Shown: positions 46,707-56,700 of the stretch, piece by piece
How positions within the stretch are numbered: position 1 is the first letter of the stretch
Layout: each line of letters opens with the position of its first letter
NCBI GenBank assembly: GCA_023247725.1
Contig: JAHFFW010000013.1
Coordinates: 1,031-65,030, forward strand
Origin: Candidatus Omnitrophota bacterium
GTDB lineage: Bacteria; Omnitrophota; Gorgyraeia; Zapsychrales; JAHFFX01
Direction: 5' to 3'
DNA: 64,000 nucleotides
The notes under the pieces: generated by a model
Database searches by the model: none
The model's input: only the letters and a program-made list of their open reading frames with translations
Told to the model about the DNA's origin: nothing
Translations under genes and position numbers: made by a program

Positions 46707-47131
46707 CGCCACAACGCTTGTAAATGTTCTTGCTCCCGATGGCGCATGCGTTTGATTTCCCCTGGGGAATGATCCTCATAACCCCGCAAATGCAAGATGC
46801 CATGGATGACATAAAGAAGGATCTCGCGCTCGATGGGGTGGTTGAACCGCCGGGAATTCACCAGCGCCCGTTCAGCGGAAATAATGATCTCGCCTTTTAA
46901 CGTGGAACGCGGCAAGCCCCTTTCATTGAGGTCAAAGGCAAGGACATCGGTGGATCGGTCTTTTTTAAGGAAACGGCGATTGAGCTGGCGGATGATTCGG
47001 TCGGTGACAAAGACGAGGCTTAAATTCGCTTGGCGAACGCCTTCCCTTTCAAGGATTTTTTTTACGCGGCGCTGGATTGGGGCGGGATTTAGCGAGATTT
47101 TCTTCTGCCGGTTGACGATGGTGATTGTCAT
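46703..47131 (-). CDS. ybeY: rRNA maturation RNase YbeY
   Basis: LNRRFLKKDRSTDVLAF, HGILHLRGYEDH; start at ATG 47131. Confidence 0.93.
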   Translation of the reverse strand: MTITIVNRQKKISLNPAPIQRRVKKILEREGVRQANLSLVFVTDRIIRQLNRRFLKKDRSTDVLAFDLNERGLPRSTLKGEIIISAERALVNSRRFNHPIEREILLYVIHGILHLRGYEDHSPGEIKRMRHREQEHLQALWR

Positions 47132-48506
47132 GATCGTCTTTCTTTTCTGGATATTTGACTCGGGCATGGTGCATGGCCGACAGGACACGGATAAACGTGG
47201 ACGAAATTTTTTCAATGTCTTTGAGGGTGAGATTGCACTCATCGAGCTGACCGTCAATAAAACGGTTGTTGATGATTTTGCGCACAACCTCGCCGATCTT
47301 TAAGGGCGTCGGTTCATCCAGCGCGCGGGTGGCGCCTTCCACGGAATCCGCTAGCATAATGAGGGCCGCCTCCTTCGTTTGCGGTTTGGGTCCGGGATAA
47401 CGAAAATTTTCTTGCTGAATCTCCTCTCCCTCCTGGCGCTCCTCGAGAGCTTTTTGATAAAAATAATGGATGAGACCGGTCCCGTGGTGCTGCGGGATAA
47501 AATCCAGGATGATCGGATTCAATTTGTAGCGCCGGCCCAGCTCCACTCCCTCTTTGACATGATTCAAAATCACCAACCGGCTCATCGATGGTTCCAGATG
47601 ATCGTGTTTGTTTCCCGAATGCAATTGATTCTCGGTGAAATATTCGGGCTTGAGCATCTTGCCAATGTCATGATAATAAGCCCCCACCCTCGCCAAAAGG
47701 GCGTTGGCGCCAATGGCCTCGGCCGCGGCCTCGGCGAGATTGCTCACCAAAAGACTGTGATGATAGGTTCCGGGCGCCTCGAGAATCATTCTTCTTAATA
47801 AGGGATGATTGAAGTCAGAAAGCTCGATCAGGCTGAAATTCGTGAGCACGCCAAAAAGCCATTCGAAGACCTTGGAGGTGTTCATCACAATAAAAACTGC
47901 AATGAAACCATTCAAAAAGAACGGTTGAATATCATTGCTAAAAAACTGCACGAGAAAAAACTTCTCTCTCGGCAGATAAAGGAGCGATTCCCAATTCAAA
48001 AGCAGGGAACAGACAACCTGCACGAGCCCGGTATAAAAACCGGCATTGATGAGTTGGCCCCGATTGCGGGCATCCCGGATGGCATACATTCCGACGAGGC
48101 TTCCCACGAATGAAATGAGCGCCAGGTCAAAATCATTTTTTGCGAGCAATCCCACGAGGGTGCTGGAAACAAAGGCCAGCAAAAATCCAACCTGCAGGTC
48201 GTTGAAAAAAAGGATGGTGAGCATCGGAATCGTAGCGACGGGGATATAGTATTTGGCCACATCGGGGCCATTGAGAAGGGCATAATAACTTCCCGCCCAC
48301 AGGATCGCGACCAAAAGTCCCAGTTGCAAAAGGAATCTTCGGCTGGCCTTTTTGGTGAGAAACAGGTGAATGGACAAAATCAAAAAAAGGACCGGAATAA
48401 TGAGGGAGAAATGGCCAACGTAACAAAACGCGAACAGCCCGGCGATCACCAAAAAGGTGATCAGGCTATTCAGCCAGGGATGAGGGATTTTTGCTGATGT
48501 TTCCAT
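47049..48506 (-). CDS. 7TM-HD phosphohydrolase (PgpH-like, HDIG)
   Basis: TM block then APGTYHHS, YYHDIGK, QHHGT, YPGPKPQ, LADSVE. Confidence 0.9.
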   Translation of the reverse strand: METSAKIPHPWLNSLITFLVIAGLFAFCYVGHFSLIIPVLFLILSIHLFLTKKASRRFLLQLGLLVAILWAGSYYALLNGPDVAKYYIPVATIPMLTILFFNDLQVGFLLAFVSSTLVGLLAKNDFDLALISFVGSLVGMYAIRDARNRGQLINAGFYTGLVQVVCSLLLNWESLLYLPREKFFLVQFFSNDIQPFFLNGFIAVFIVMNTSKVFEWLFGVLTNFSLIELSDFNHPLLRRMILEAPGTYHHSLLVSNLAEAAAEAIGANALLARVGAYYHDIGKMLKPEYFTENQLHSGNKHDHLEPSMSRLVILNHVKEGVELGRRYKLNPIILDFIPQHHGTGLIHYFYQKALEERQEGEEIQQENFRYPGPKPQTKEAALIMLADSVEGATRALDEPTPLKIGEVVRKIINNRFIDGQLDECNLTLKDIEKISSTFIRVLSAMHHARVKYPEKKDDHDNHHRQPAEENLAKSRPNPAPRKKNP

Positions 48507-49437
48507 AGGCCTCGATGATTTTTTGCACGAGCTCGTGACGCACGACATCATTGCGAGTCAGATAAACAAACTTAATCCCTTCGATTCCTTGGAGAACCTT
48601 TTGCGCGTCGATGAGACCAATAGGTTCCCCTTCGGGTAAATCGCTTTGAGTGATATCGCCGGTGATCACGGTCTTCGAATCGAATCCCAAACGGGTCAAA
48701 AACATTTTCATTTGATAGGGCGTGCTGTTCTGAGCCTCGTCGAGAATAATAAAGGCATCATTGAGGGTGCGTCCGCGCATATAGGCGAGGGGGGCGACTT
48801 CGATAATTCCTTTTTCCGTGTATTGTTCAACCTTTTCGGCCTCCATCATATCGTAGAGGGCATCATAGAGTGGCCGCAGATAAGGCAAAACCTTTTCGAC
48901 CATATCGCCGGGCAAAAATCCTAAATTCTCGCCGGCTTCAATCGCCGGGCGAGTGAGGATAATGCGCCGCACGAGGCCTTTTTTCAGGGCATTGACCGCC
49001 ATGGCCATGGCGAGATACGTTTTGCCGGTGCCGGCCGGGCCAATTCCAAAAACAATATCATACTGTTTGATCGCTTCAACGTATTCGATCTGGCCTTTGG
49101 TTTTAGGGATCACCAATCCGCCTTTGACCGAAACATCGATTTTTTCTTTGGCCAAACGCCGCAGATCGACCCCCTGATCCTTATCATCGGCCAAACGCAA
49201 GGCATAAACGATGTCGCGTTTTTTGACATCGCGGCCGCTGTCGACGATGTTTTGCAAATAAACCAACAGCTCGTTAACCTTCTTCAGCTGTTCGTCGGTT
49301 CCGGAGATCTTGAGTCCGTTGCCATTGCGGTTAATTCGAACCTGCAGCTCGTCCTCAATCAGCTTGAGGTTCTGATCATATTTTCCGAACAATAACTGAA
49401 GATCCTTGTTATCGGCAAATTCAAAATTCTTATCCAT
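48466..49437 (-). CDS. phoH: PhoH-family ATPase
   Basis: GPAGTGKTYLA, LGFLPGD, AYMRGRTL, DEAQN. Confidence 0.95.
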   Translation of the reverse strand: MDKNFEFADNKDLQLLFGKYDQNLKLIEDELQVRINRNGNGLKISGTDEQLKKVNELLVYLQNIVDSGRDVKKRDIVYALRLADDKDQGVDLRRLAKEKIDVSVKGGLVIPKTKGQIEYVEAIKQYDIVFGIGPAGTGKTYLAMAMAVNALKKGLVRRIILTRPAIEAGENLGFLPGDMVEKVLPYLRPLYDALYDMMEAEKVEQYTEKGIIEVAPLAYMRGRTLNDAFIILDEAQNSTPYQMKMFLTRLGFDSKTVITGDITQSDLPEGEPIGLIDAQKVLQGIEGIKFVYLTRNDVVRHELVQKIIEAYGNISKNPSSLAE

Positions 49438-49560
49438 GAATTTATTCTTTGAATCCTTTCTCCTATTCCGCGCCCCGCTGTGGGGTGGGGCTTCGCAGAG
49501 ATCGCAGCGAAATTCAACGCGAAAGCAATGGAACGAAGGCGGACAAAAGAACCAGTTCTA

Positions 49561-50109
49561 TTACTTTTGCGAAGGAGAATAGATCGCCGGAATCGTAATC
49601 ACAATCCCCGGCTTGATGCGGTTAGGATCCGCAATCTTAGCTTTATTCGCTTCATAAATTTTCGTCCATTTGCTGTAGGAATGATAAAATTTCTTGGAAA
49701 TGGACTGCAGGGTATCATCCTTTTCCACTTTATACTGCGTCGGCAATTGCAAGGCACTTTCCGGTTCGGCCGTCGGATGAGGGGCTGTTTTGGCAAAATT
49801 CATGGGTTCTGGATTTTCCTGGGTGGGTTCCTCTTTGACCGCGGCGGTCTCCGGTTCTTCATAGGTTTGGCTCGAAACATTCACTTCTTTCGTTTTCTTG
49901 GCGGCGACATCGCGTTCATTGATCACTTCCAAAACCAGATGTTTGCGAGTTTTTTTGCGATGTTCGGTATCGGATCCCGGCGGCAATTCCTGATCGACGC
50001 GCGGTTGATCGACGCTGTACAAATGCAGCCGATGACTACAACCCGCCGATAGCCCGCTTAAAGCCAGCACCATGATGACCCTGTTTAGAAACTTACGCTC
50101 CATTGTCAA
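49561..50109 (-). CDS. LysM-domain lipoprotein
   Basis: Lipobox-like SAGC; YKVEKDDTLQSISKKFY..IYEAN..DPNRIKPG. Confidence 0.88.
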   Translation of the reverse strand: MTMERKFLNRVIMVLALSGLSAGCSHRLHLYSVDQPRVDQELPPGSDTEHRKKTRKHLVLEVINERDVAAKKTKEVNVSSQTYEEPETAAVKEEPTQENPEPMNFAKTAPHPTAEPESALQLPTQYKVEKDDTLQSISKKFYHSYSKWTKIYEANKAKIADPNRIKPGIVITIPAIYSPSQK

Positions 50110-51500
50110 CCTCCTTTGCGGACGGTTAAAAGACCCAATTCTTTGAGTTGTTTGCTATCGACCACAGAGGGCGCATCCGTCAATGGGCAATGGCCGCTCT
50201 GGGTTTTGGGGAATGCCATCGTGTCCCGAATGGAATCCAGCCCCGCCAAAATCGCCACCAACCGATCCACGCCATAGGCCACACCGCCATGCGGAGGTGC
50301 GCCATATTGAAACGCCTTCAAAAGAAATCCAAAACGCCTGTGAGCTTCGTCTGAATCCAATCCCAGAATCGTAAAAATCTTTTGCTGCATCTGGCTATCA
50401 TGAATACGAATGGACCCGCTGCCGATTTCATTGCCGTTTAAAACCAGATCGTAGGATCGGGCTCGCACCTTGCCGAGATCCCCTTGCTGAAAGGCTTCCA
50501 TATCGTCGGGTTTGACCGATGTGAAGGGATGATGTTCGCTGTCCCAGCGTTTTTCTTCTTCATTGTATTTAAAAAGCGGAAAGTCCACAATCCAGACAAA
50601 GGCAAATTCTTGATTCCATTCTTTTCGTAAATCGGGCTTGTCGCTTTTGTATTGGGCCATTGCCTGCGCGTGCGTCATGCGGGGAAAGGGGATTTCCAGG
50701 TCGATGGCTTTGATCGCTTTAAAAATTTTTTTGAACATCCGCTCGGTTAACCCAAAAATATCCTCTTCCTCAATAAAGGACATCTCCATATCAATCTGGG
50801 TGAATTCCGGCTGACGATCCGCCCGCAGATCCTCATCACGAAAACACTTCACGATTTGATAATAACGGTCCATGCCGGCAACCATGAGGATCTGTTTGAA
50901 TAATTGCGGGGATTGAGGCAGGGCAAAAAATTCTCCCGGGCTAAGCCGCGACGGCACCAAAAAATCCCGCGCCCCTTCGGGCGTGGACTTGGTCAGGACG
51001 GGTGTTTCCACTTCCAGAAAACCCTCTTCATATAAAAAATTGCGAATCCCCCGGCACAGGTTGTGGCGAAGGAATAAGGCCTGCGCAACTTTTTGCCGGC
51101 GCAGATCGAGATAACGGTAGGCCAGACGGTTTTCCTCGGCGACTTCGATCGTGTCATCAATTTCAAACACCGGAACCTTTGCCGGATTGAGAATCTCTAA
51201 GGCGGTCGCGGCGAGTTCCACCTCACCGGTCGGGATATTGGGATTGATATTATTTTGCGGCCGCAAACCGACCTTGCCCCTGATCTTTACAACGTATTCC
51301 GGCCCGAGCTTGGATGCTTCCTGGTGAGCGTCTTTGGAGATGGATGGAATAAACACGACTTGCGTGACACCGTAACGATCCCGGACGTCAATAAAAATCA
51401 ACTTTCCATGATCCCGGCGTCGATGCACCCAGCCGCAGATGGTGGCTTCCTGATCTTTATGATCTTTATTGAGTTCGCCGCAGGTGTGGGTTCGGAGCAT
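50106..51500 (-). CDS. aspS: aspartate--tRNA ligase, bacterial type lacking the GAD domain
   Basis: RTHTCG, TPEGARDF, LPQSPQLFKQ, FRDEDLRADRQPEF, GAPPHGG; KPDLR joined almost directly to FVWIVDFP. Confidence 0.95.
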   Translation of the reverse strand: MLRTHTCGELNKDHKDQEATICGWVHRRRDHGKLIFIDVRDRYGVTQVVFIPSISKDAHQEASKLGPEYVVKIRGKVGLRPQNNINPNIPTGEVELAATALEILNPAKVPVFEIDDTIEVAEENRLAYRYLDLRRQKVAQALFLRHNLCRGIRNFLYEEGFLEVETPVLTKSTPEGARDFLVPSRLSPGEFFALPQSPQLFKQILMVAGMDRYYQIVKCFRDEDLRADRQPEFTQIDMEMSFIEEEDIFGLTERMFKKIFKAIKAIDLEIPFPRMTHAQAMAQYKSDKPDLRKEWNQEFAFVWIVDFPLFKYNEEEKRWDSEHHPFTSVKPDDMEAFQQGDLGKVRARSYDLVLNGNEIGSGSIRIHDSQMQQKIFTILGLDSDEAHRRFGFLLKAFQYGAPPHGGVAYGVDRLVAILAGLDSIRDTMAFPKTQSGHCPLTDAPSVVDSKQLKELGLLTVRKGG

Positions 51501-51515
51501 GTGTGAGTAACCTTT

Positions 51516-51690
51516 CAAGTCACAAGGTCACATGTCACAAGTCAATTTCTTGTGTGCCTGCTTTCCTTAAAGTTATCACAAAATATTTAAGGGCAAGCTA
51601 GGATTACCCCGGTTTCCTCTTTACACACAAGATGCAATAAAAGGAAAACCGGAATGACCTGTGACTTTGTGACTGGTGACTCTTTGACAT
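51516..51690. repeat. inverted 7/8-nt arrays (GTCACAA/TGTGAC) enclosing a structured core of about 110 nt
   Basis: AAGTCAC AAGGTCAC ATGTCAC AAGTCA ... TGACCTG TGACTTTG TGACTGG TGAC. Confidence 0.75.
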
Positions 51691-51704
51691 TTTAATAAAA
51701 CGTG

Positions 51705-53024
51705 TCAGGACTTAACACTTGACACTTTATTGAACTCAGCCGCCAGCTTGGATTGCGGGACCTTGCGCTGCTCTCCCGAGGCCATATTCTTAAGCGTTAC
51801 GATGTCCTCTTTGAGTTCATCTTCGCCGATGATTATAACATAACGCGCGCCGGATTTATCGGCGGCACGCATCTGGCTTTTCATGGAGCCGCGGGTGTGA
51901 TTCATATCGGCGGCGATTTCCTTCCGGCGAAGTTCATTGAGCAACTCGAAGGCCGCCGTATAGGCCTTCGTTTCCTCTTCCTTATCCAAAGAAACAATAA
52001 ACGCATCCAATTTTGTCACTCGTCCCTCGTCTCTCGTCTCTCCTCCTCCCACCGCCAAAAGGATCCGCTCAATTCCCAAGGCAAAACCCATCCCGCCAAT
52101 GTCTTTGGGCCCGCCGAGTTGGGCCACAAGATCATTGTAGCGACCGCCGGCGCCAAGCGCATCCTGGCTTCCCAGCCCGGCGTGGGAAATTTCAAAAACC
52201 GTATGCGTGTAATAATCCAACCCGCGCACCAAATGCGGGGAAACGGTATGCGCCACCCCCCATAAATCCAGTGCCGCGCGAACTTTCTGAAAATATTCTT
52301 TGCTTGGCGGGGATAAATGAGCGTCTCCCAACTCCAGCCTTGCGACCACGGCTCGGCATTCTTTATTCTTGCAATCCAGAATGCGGAACACATTGCGCTC
52401 AAAGCGGGCCTGGCATTCGGGGCACAAATTTCTGACGTCCTTTTTCAACCGTTCCCGCAAAATGGAAGAAAGATTCTTTTTATCTTCATGAGAACCGAGG
52501 CTGTTGATCTTGAGACGGAATCCTTCCACACCAAAACCCTCCAACAGCCGGATGCTTAAGGCCATCGCCTCTGCGTCGAGAAAAGGTTGAAAGGAATGAA
52601 GACCAATCAGCTCCACGCCAACCTGATGAAACTGGCGTAAGCGGCCTCTTTGCGGTCGTTCCCCTCGAAACATAGGGCCAAAATAATATAACTTCGAAAG
52701 GCCTTCTTTTTTATCCAGATGATGTTCAATATAAGCCCGGACGATGGGAGCCGTGCCCTCGGGTCGCAGCGAATACGATTCCCCATCGGGGACCGTATCC
52801 TCGGTTCGTGATTTTAACTCGAGCAATTGCTTGGTCACCACATCGCTCGCTGGGCCTAACGATCGTTTAAAAAGACCGGTGTCCTCAAAAATAGGAGTGC
52901 GGATTTCCTCATAACCGTAAAGGCGCATGAGGGTGCGGGCCTTGTCTTCCAAATTCTGCCAACGAAAAATTTCGTCTGGGAGGATATCATTGGTACCGCG
53001 GGGAATGGAAATTTTTTGACTCAT
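51705..53024 (-). CDS. hisS: histidine--tRNA ligase
   Basis: PRGTNDILP, LRPEGTA, FRGERPQRGRLRQFHQ, LVRGLDYY, GGRY. Confidence 0.97.
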   Translation of the reverse strand: MSQKISIPRGTNDILPDEIFRWQNLEDKARTLMRLYGYEEIRTPIFEDTGLFKRSLGPASDVVTKQLLELKSRTEDTVPDGESYSLRPEGTAPIVRAYIEHHLDKKEGLSKLYYFGPMFRGERPQRGRLRQFHQVGVELIGLHSFQPFLDAEAMALSIRLLEGFGVEGFRLKINSLGSHEDKKNLSSILRERLKKDVRNLCPECQARFERNVFRILDCKNKECRAVVARLELGDAHLSPPSKEYFQKVRAALDLWGVAHTVSPHLVRGLDYYTHTVFEISHAGLGSQDALGAGGRYNDLVAQLGGPKDIGGMGFALGIERILLAVGGGETRDEGRVTKLDAFIVSLDKEEETKAYTAAFELLNELRRKEIAADMNHTRGSMKSQMRAADKSGARYVIIIGEDELKEDIVTLKNMASGEQRKVPQSKLAAEFNKVSSVKS

Positions 53025-53106
53025 GAATCGTTTGATTGCGGATGACCCGTCTTCGCCGAATGATTATCGCGTTCGGCTTCGTCGGGCATTCTTTAGCCTA
53101 TTTAGT

Positions 53107-53156
53107 CGGAAAGGGCGTCTTTTGCTACCCGTCGGTAGCAAAAGACGCCCTTTCCG
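53107..53156. terminator. long perfect hairpin downstream of the HU gene
   Basis: 23-bp stem CGGAAAGGGCGTCTTTTGCTACC with a 4-nt loop. Confidence 0.65.
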
Positions 53157-53186
53157 GGAACTTCCTTTGCTGGGCTTGCGGCTATT

Positions 53187-53459
53187 TTACTTAATCCTCT
53201 GTTTCATTTCAAGACCCGGTTTGAAAACGACCACCTTGCGGGGTGGGACTGGAACGCTTTGTCCGGTCCGAGGATTGCGGCCAAATCGGGCCCGGCGTTC
53301 CTTGATTTTGAAAACGCCGAAGTTCCTCAACTCAACCTTTTCGTTGCGCAGTAAACTATCCACAATCACGTCAAAGGTTTTTTGGACAATCCGTTTGACA
53401 TCGACCTGCTTGATGCCCGTCATGTCCGTAATTTTCAATACAATGTCTTTCTTGGTCAT
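53187..53459 (-). CDS. HU/IHF-family DNA-binding protein
   Basis: MTKKDIV, VELRNFGVF, GRNPRTG, FKPG. Confidence 0.95.
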   Translation of the reverse strand: MTKKDIVLKITDMTGIKQVDVKRIVQKTFDVIVDSLLRNEKVELRNFGVFKIKERRARFGRNPRTGQSVPVPPRKVVVFKPGLEMKQRIK

Positions 53460-53689
53460 TGACCTTTACCTCCAGGGATTCACGTCACCCAAGTTGTCTT
53501 GACTAACAGGCCCTTAAAGTCCTGTTTTATCTTACCCTAGTTGCCTTTCAAGGTAAGCCGGCTTTGAGCCGTGTGAGAAGAGAAAAAGTTCAGCTCCTTT
53601 GAATATGATTAGTCTTTTTTACCTTCGATTGATTATTGTCAAGGAACTTGACTTTTCTCTATCTAAAGCATGGCCAAATACATAGACCA

Positions 53690-53719
53690 AGTATAGTGAA
53701 CCTTAGGGATTTCTGTCAA
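53690..53719 (-). promoter_or_regulatory. sigma70 promoter upstream of HU/IHF
   Basis: TTGACA-N18-TATACT on the minus strand. Confidence 0.55.
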
Positions 53720-53775
53720 GTGAAAATTCCTCGCATCCCTTTGATTATCTGAATTTTATCAATAGGAAACGACTT

Positions 53776-56700
53776 TTACACCTTGAGGGAAAAACGGTCT
53801 TCGCCGATCATTTCTTTGAGTTCATCGAGAAGATTTTCAGTCGGAGCCACAAAAAGGTCTTCACCAACAAGGATTTGGACGCTTTTATAGGCCTTGGTGT
53901 CGAGGCTTAAATAGACCGGAACTTTTCCCGGATAACCGGCGAGTTTTTCTTTTAAACTGCGCAGACCTTCTTGTCCCAGACGCGACAAATCGACATTAAT
54001 GGCTTTGATGGACTTGTAGGCCTGTCCAATGGGCCGCACATCGCTGGCAATGAGCCGGGGGACATCTTCCTTGAGGCTCAGCCGACCTTTGACTAAAACC
54101 ACCTCTCCTTCCTTAAGGTCATTGGCCACGGCCGGATAAGCGGAAGGAAAAACCAGAACTTCAATTTCCCCGTCGAGATCTTCCAGCCGGCAGATGGCCA
54201 TGCGCTCGTTGGTTCTTTTGGTCATGGTCAATTTCACGCTATTCAATAATCCGACCAACCGGATCTCTTGGCCATCGGAGGCGGAACGAAGTTTACCGGA
54301 GGAATGATCGGCAAATTCCTTGATCTCGATTTTGTAATGGGCCAGCGGGTGTCCACTAATATAGTAACCGAGGACTTCTTTTTCGAACGCCAGGATTTGG
54401 GCCTGCGGCCATTCTTTGATATCCGGCAGGACGGTCGCTGCTTTTTCGAATCCATTGTTTTGTGCCAAATCAAAAAAAGAAAATTGTCCCGCGGCCTTCT
54501 CTTTTTGCGATTGAGTCCCGCGCTCCAGCGCCTGATCCATCATGGCGATGAGCTGAGAACGACGACACCCAAAACAGTCCAAGGCCCCGCATTTGATGAG
54601 GCTCTCAATAACCTTTCGGTTGCACAATCGCAAATCGACCCGATTGCAAAAATCAAACAGAGATTGATAAAATCCCTCTTGCCTTCTTTTCTCGACGATG
54701 GATTCAATGGCGGTGGCGCCCACATTCTTGACCGCAATAAGCCCGAAGCGGATGGTTTTTTCATCCACGACGGAAAATTCGGTCAGGCTGTGATTGAGGT
54801 CCGGAGGCAGAACTCTTAATCCCATGGCCTGCGCTTCTTTCACATACTCAACCACTTTATCGGTATTATCTTTCTCACTGGTCAAAAGCGCGCACATGAA
54901 CTCCACCGGATAATTGGCCTTGAGATAAGCGGTTCGATAAGTGATGAGGGCGTAGGCCGCGCTATGGCTTTTGTTAAATCCGTAGCCGGAGAAATAGTCA
55001 ATGAGATCAAATATTTTATTGGCCAGTTCCTCTTTGATCTTATTGGTTTTTTGACAGCCATCGACAAAGGCCTTGCGCATCTTGTCCATTTCTTCCGGAT
55101 TCTTTTTACTCATCGCGCGCCGCAAATGGTCGGCTTGAGTCATGGAAAATCCGGCGAGGACGCTCGCGATCTGCATGACCTGCTCCTGGTAAACGATGAT
55201 GCCGTAGGTTTCTTTCAAAAGCGATTCTAGCTTGGGATGATCATACTTGACCTGGATCTCACCTTTCTTGCGTTTGATGAAATCGTCGAGCATGCCAGAA
55301 CCGATAGGTCCAGGCCGATACAAGGCCAGAATGGAGATCACATCTTCAAACTGTGAGGGTCGAATCCGTTTTAAAAGATCCCGCATGCCGGAACTTTCAA
55401 GCTGGAAAATTCCAAAACTGTTGGCCTGGCTCAAGAGCGCATAGGTCTTTTTATCGTCGATGGAAATTTTGTTGATATCCACCTCAATATTGCGATACCG
55501 GCGGATCAATTTAATCGTTTCGCTGATGACCGTCAGGGTTCGCAAGCCCAGAAAATCCATTTTAAGGAGCCCGATCTTGGCAATGCCGTCCATGGCGTAG
55601 CCTGTGGTGATCTGGCCATCGCTCGTTTTGAACAAGGGAACATATTCGGTCAACGGCTTGTCGGAAATGACCACACCCGCGGCATGAATCGAGGCGTGCC
55701 GGCTTAGGCCCTCGAGAACCCTGGCGGTGTTGATGAGATTGGCGGTTTTTTCCTCTTGCTGATAAAGCTGCAAGAGCTGCGGTTCAATTTTCAGGGATTC
55801 GGAGAGCGTCATATCGGGGGTCCCCGGGATCAACTTGGCGATTTTATCCACGTCGGAGTATGGCAATCCCATCACCCGGCCGACATCACGGATGGCCGCG
55901 CGCGCCTGCATGGAACCGAAGGTGATGATCTGGGCCACATTGTCTTTTCCATATTTATTGGTCACGTATTCGATGACCTCGGAGCGGCGTTCGAAACAAA
56001 AATCGATGTCGATGTCCGGCATGCCTAATCGTTCGGGATTAAGGAAGCGTTCAAAAAGCAATCCGTATTTCAAGGGATCCAGATCCGTGATCCCCAAAAG
56101 ATAACTCACCAGACTCCCGGCCGCCGATCCCCGCCCTGGCCCGACGGGAATTCCCTTCTGCTTGGCATAATGAATAAAATCCCAGACGATCAAAAAGTAG
56201 CCTTCGAATCCCATTTTATGAATGACCCCGAGCTCATGATCGAGGCGCTCATTGACCTCAAAGGTGGGAGTGCCGTAGCGATCTTTGATTCCTTGCAGGC
56301 ACAGCTCGCGCAAATATTCTTCCTTGGTTGCCCCGACGGGCATTTCATATCGGGGCAGATGAAGCTCGTTGAATTGCAATTCCAGATTGCATTTATCGGC
56401 GATCTCGAGGGTATTTCGAATTGCCTCCGGATTCGCCGAGAACATCTTCTTCATAAGGGCGGGGTCTTTGAAATAGAATTGGTCGGTTTTGAGCCGCATA
56501 CGATTGGGGTCATCGAGGGTCGTCTGCGTTTGGATACACAAAAGCGCCTCGTGAGCCAGAGACTGTGATTGTTCGAGGTAGTGGATGTCATTGGTCGCGA
56601 CGACCGGAAGCTTTAAATCCGCGGAAATCTTGAGGAGCCCCTCGTTGACGATTTTCTGATCGGGCAAATCGTGCTCCATGAGTTCCAAATAAAAATTGCC

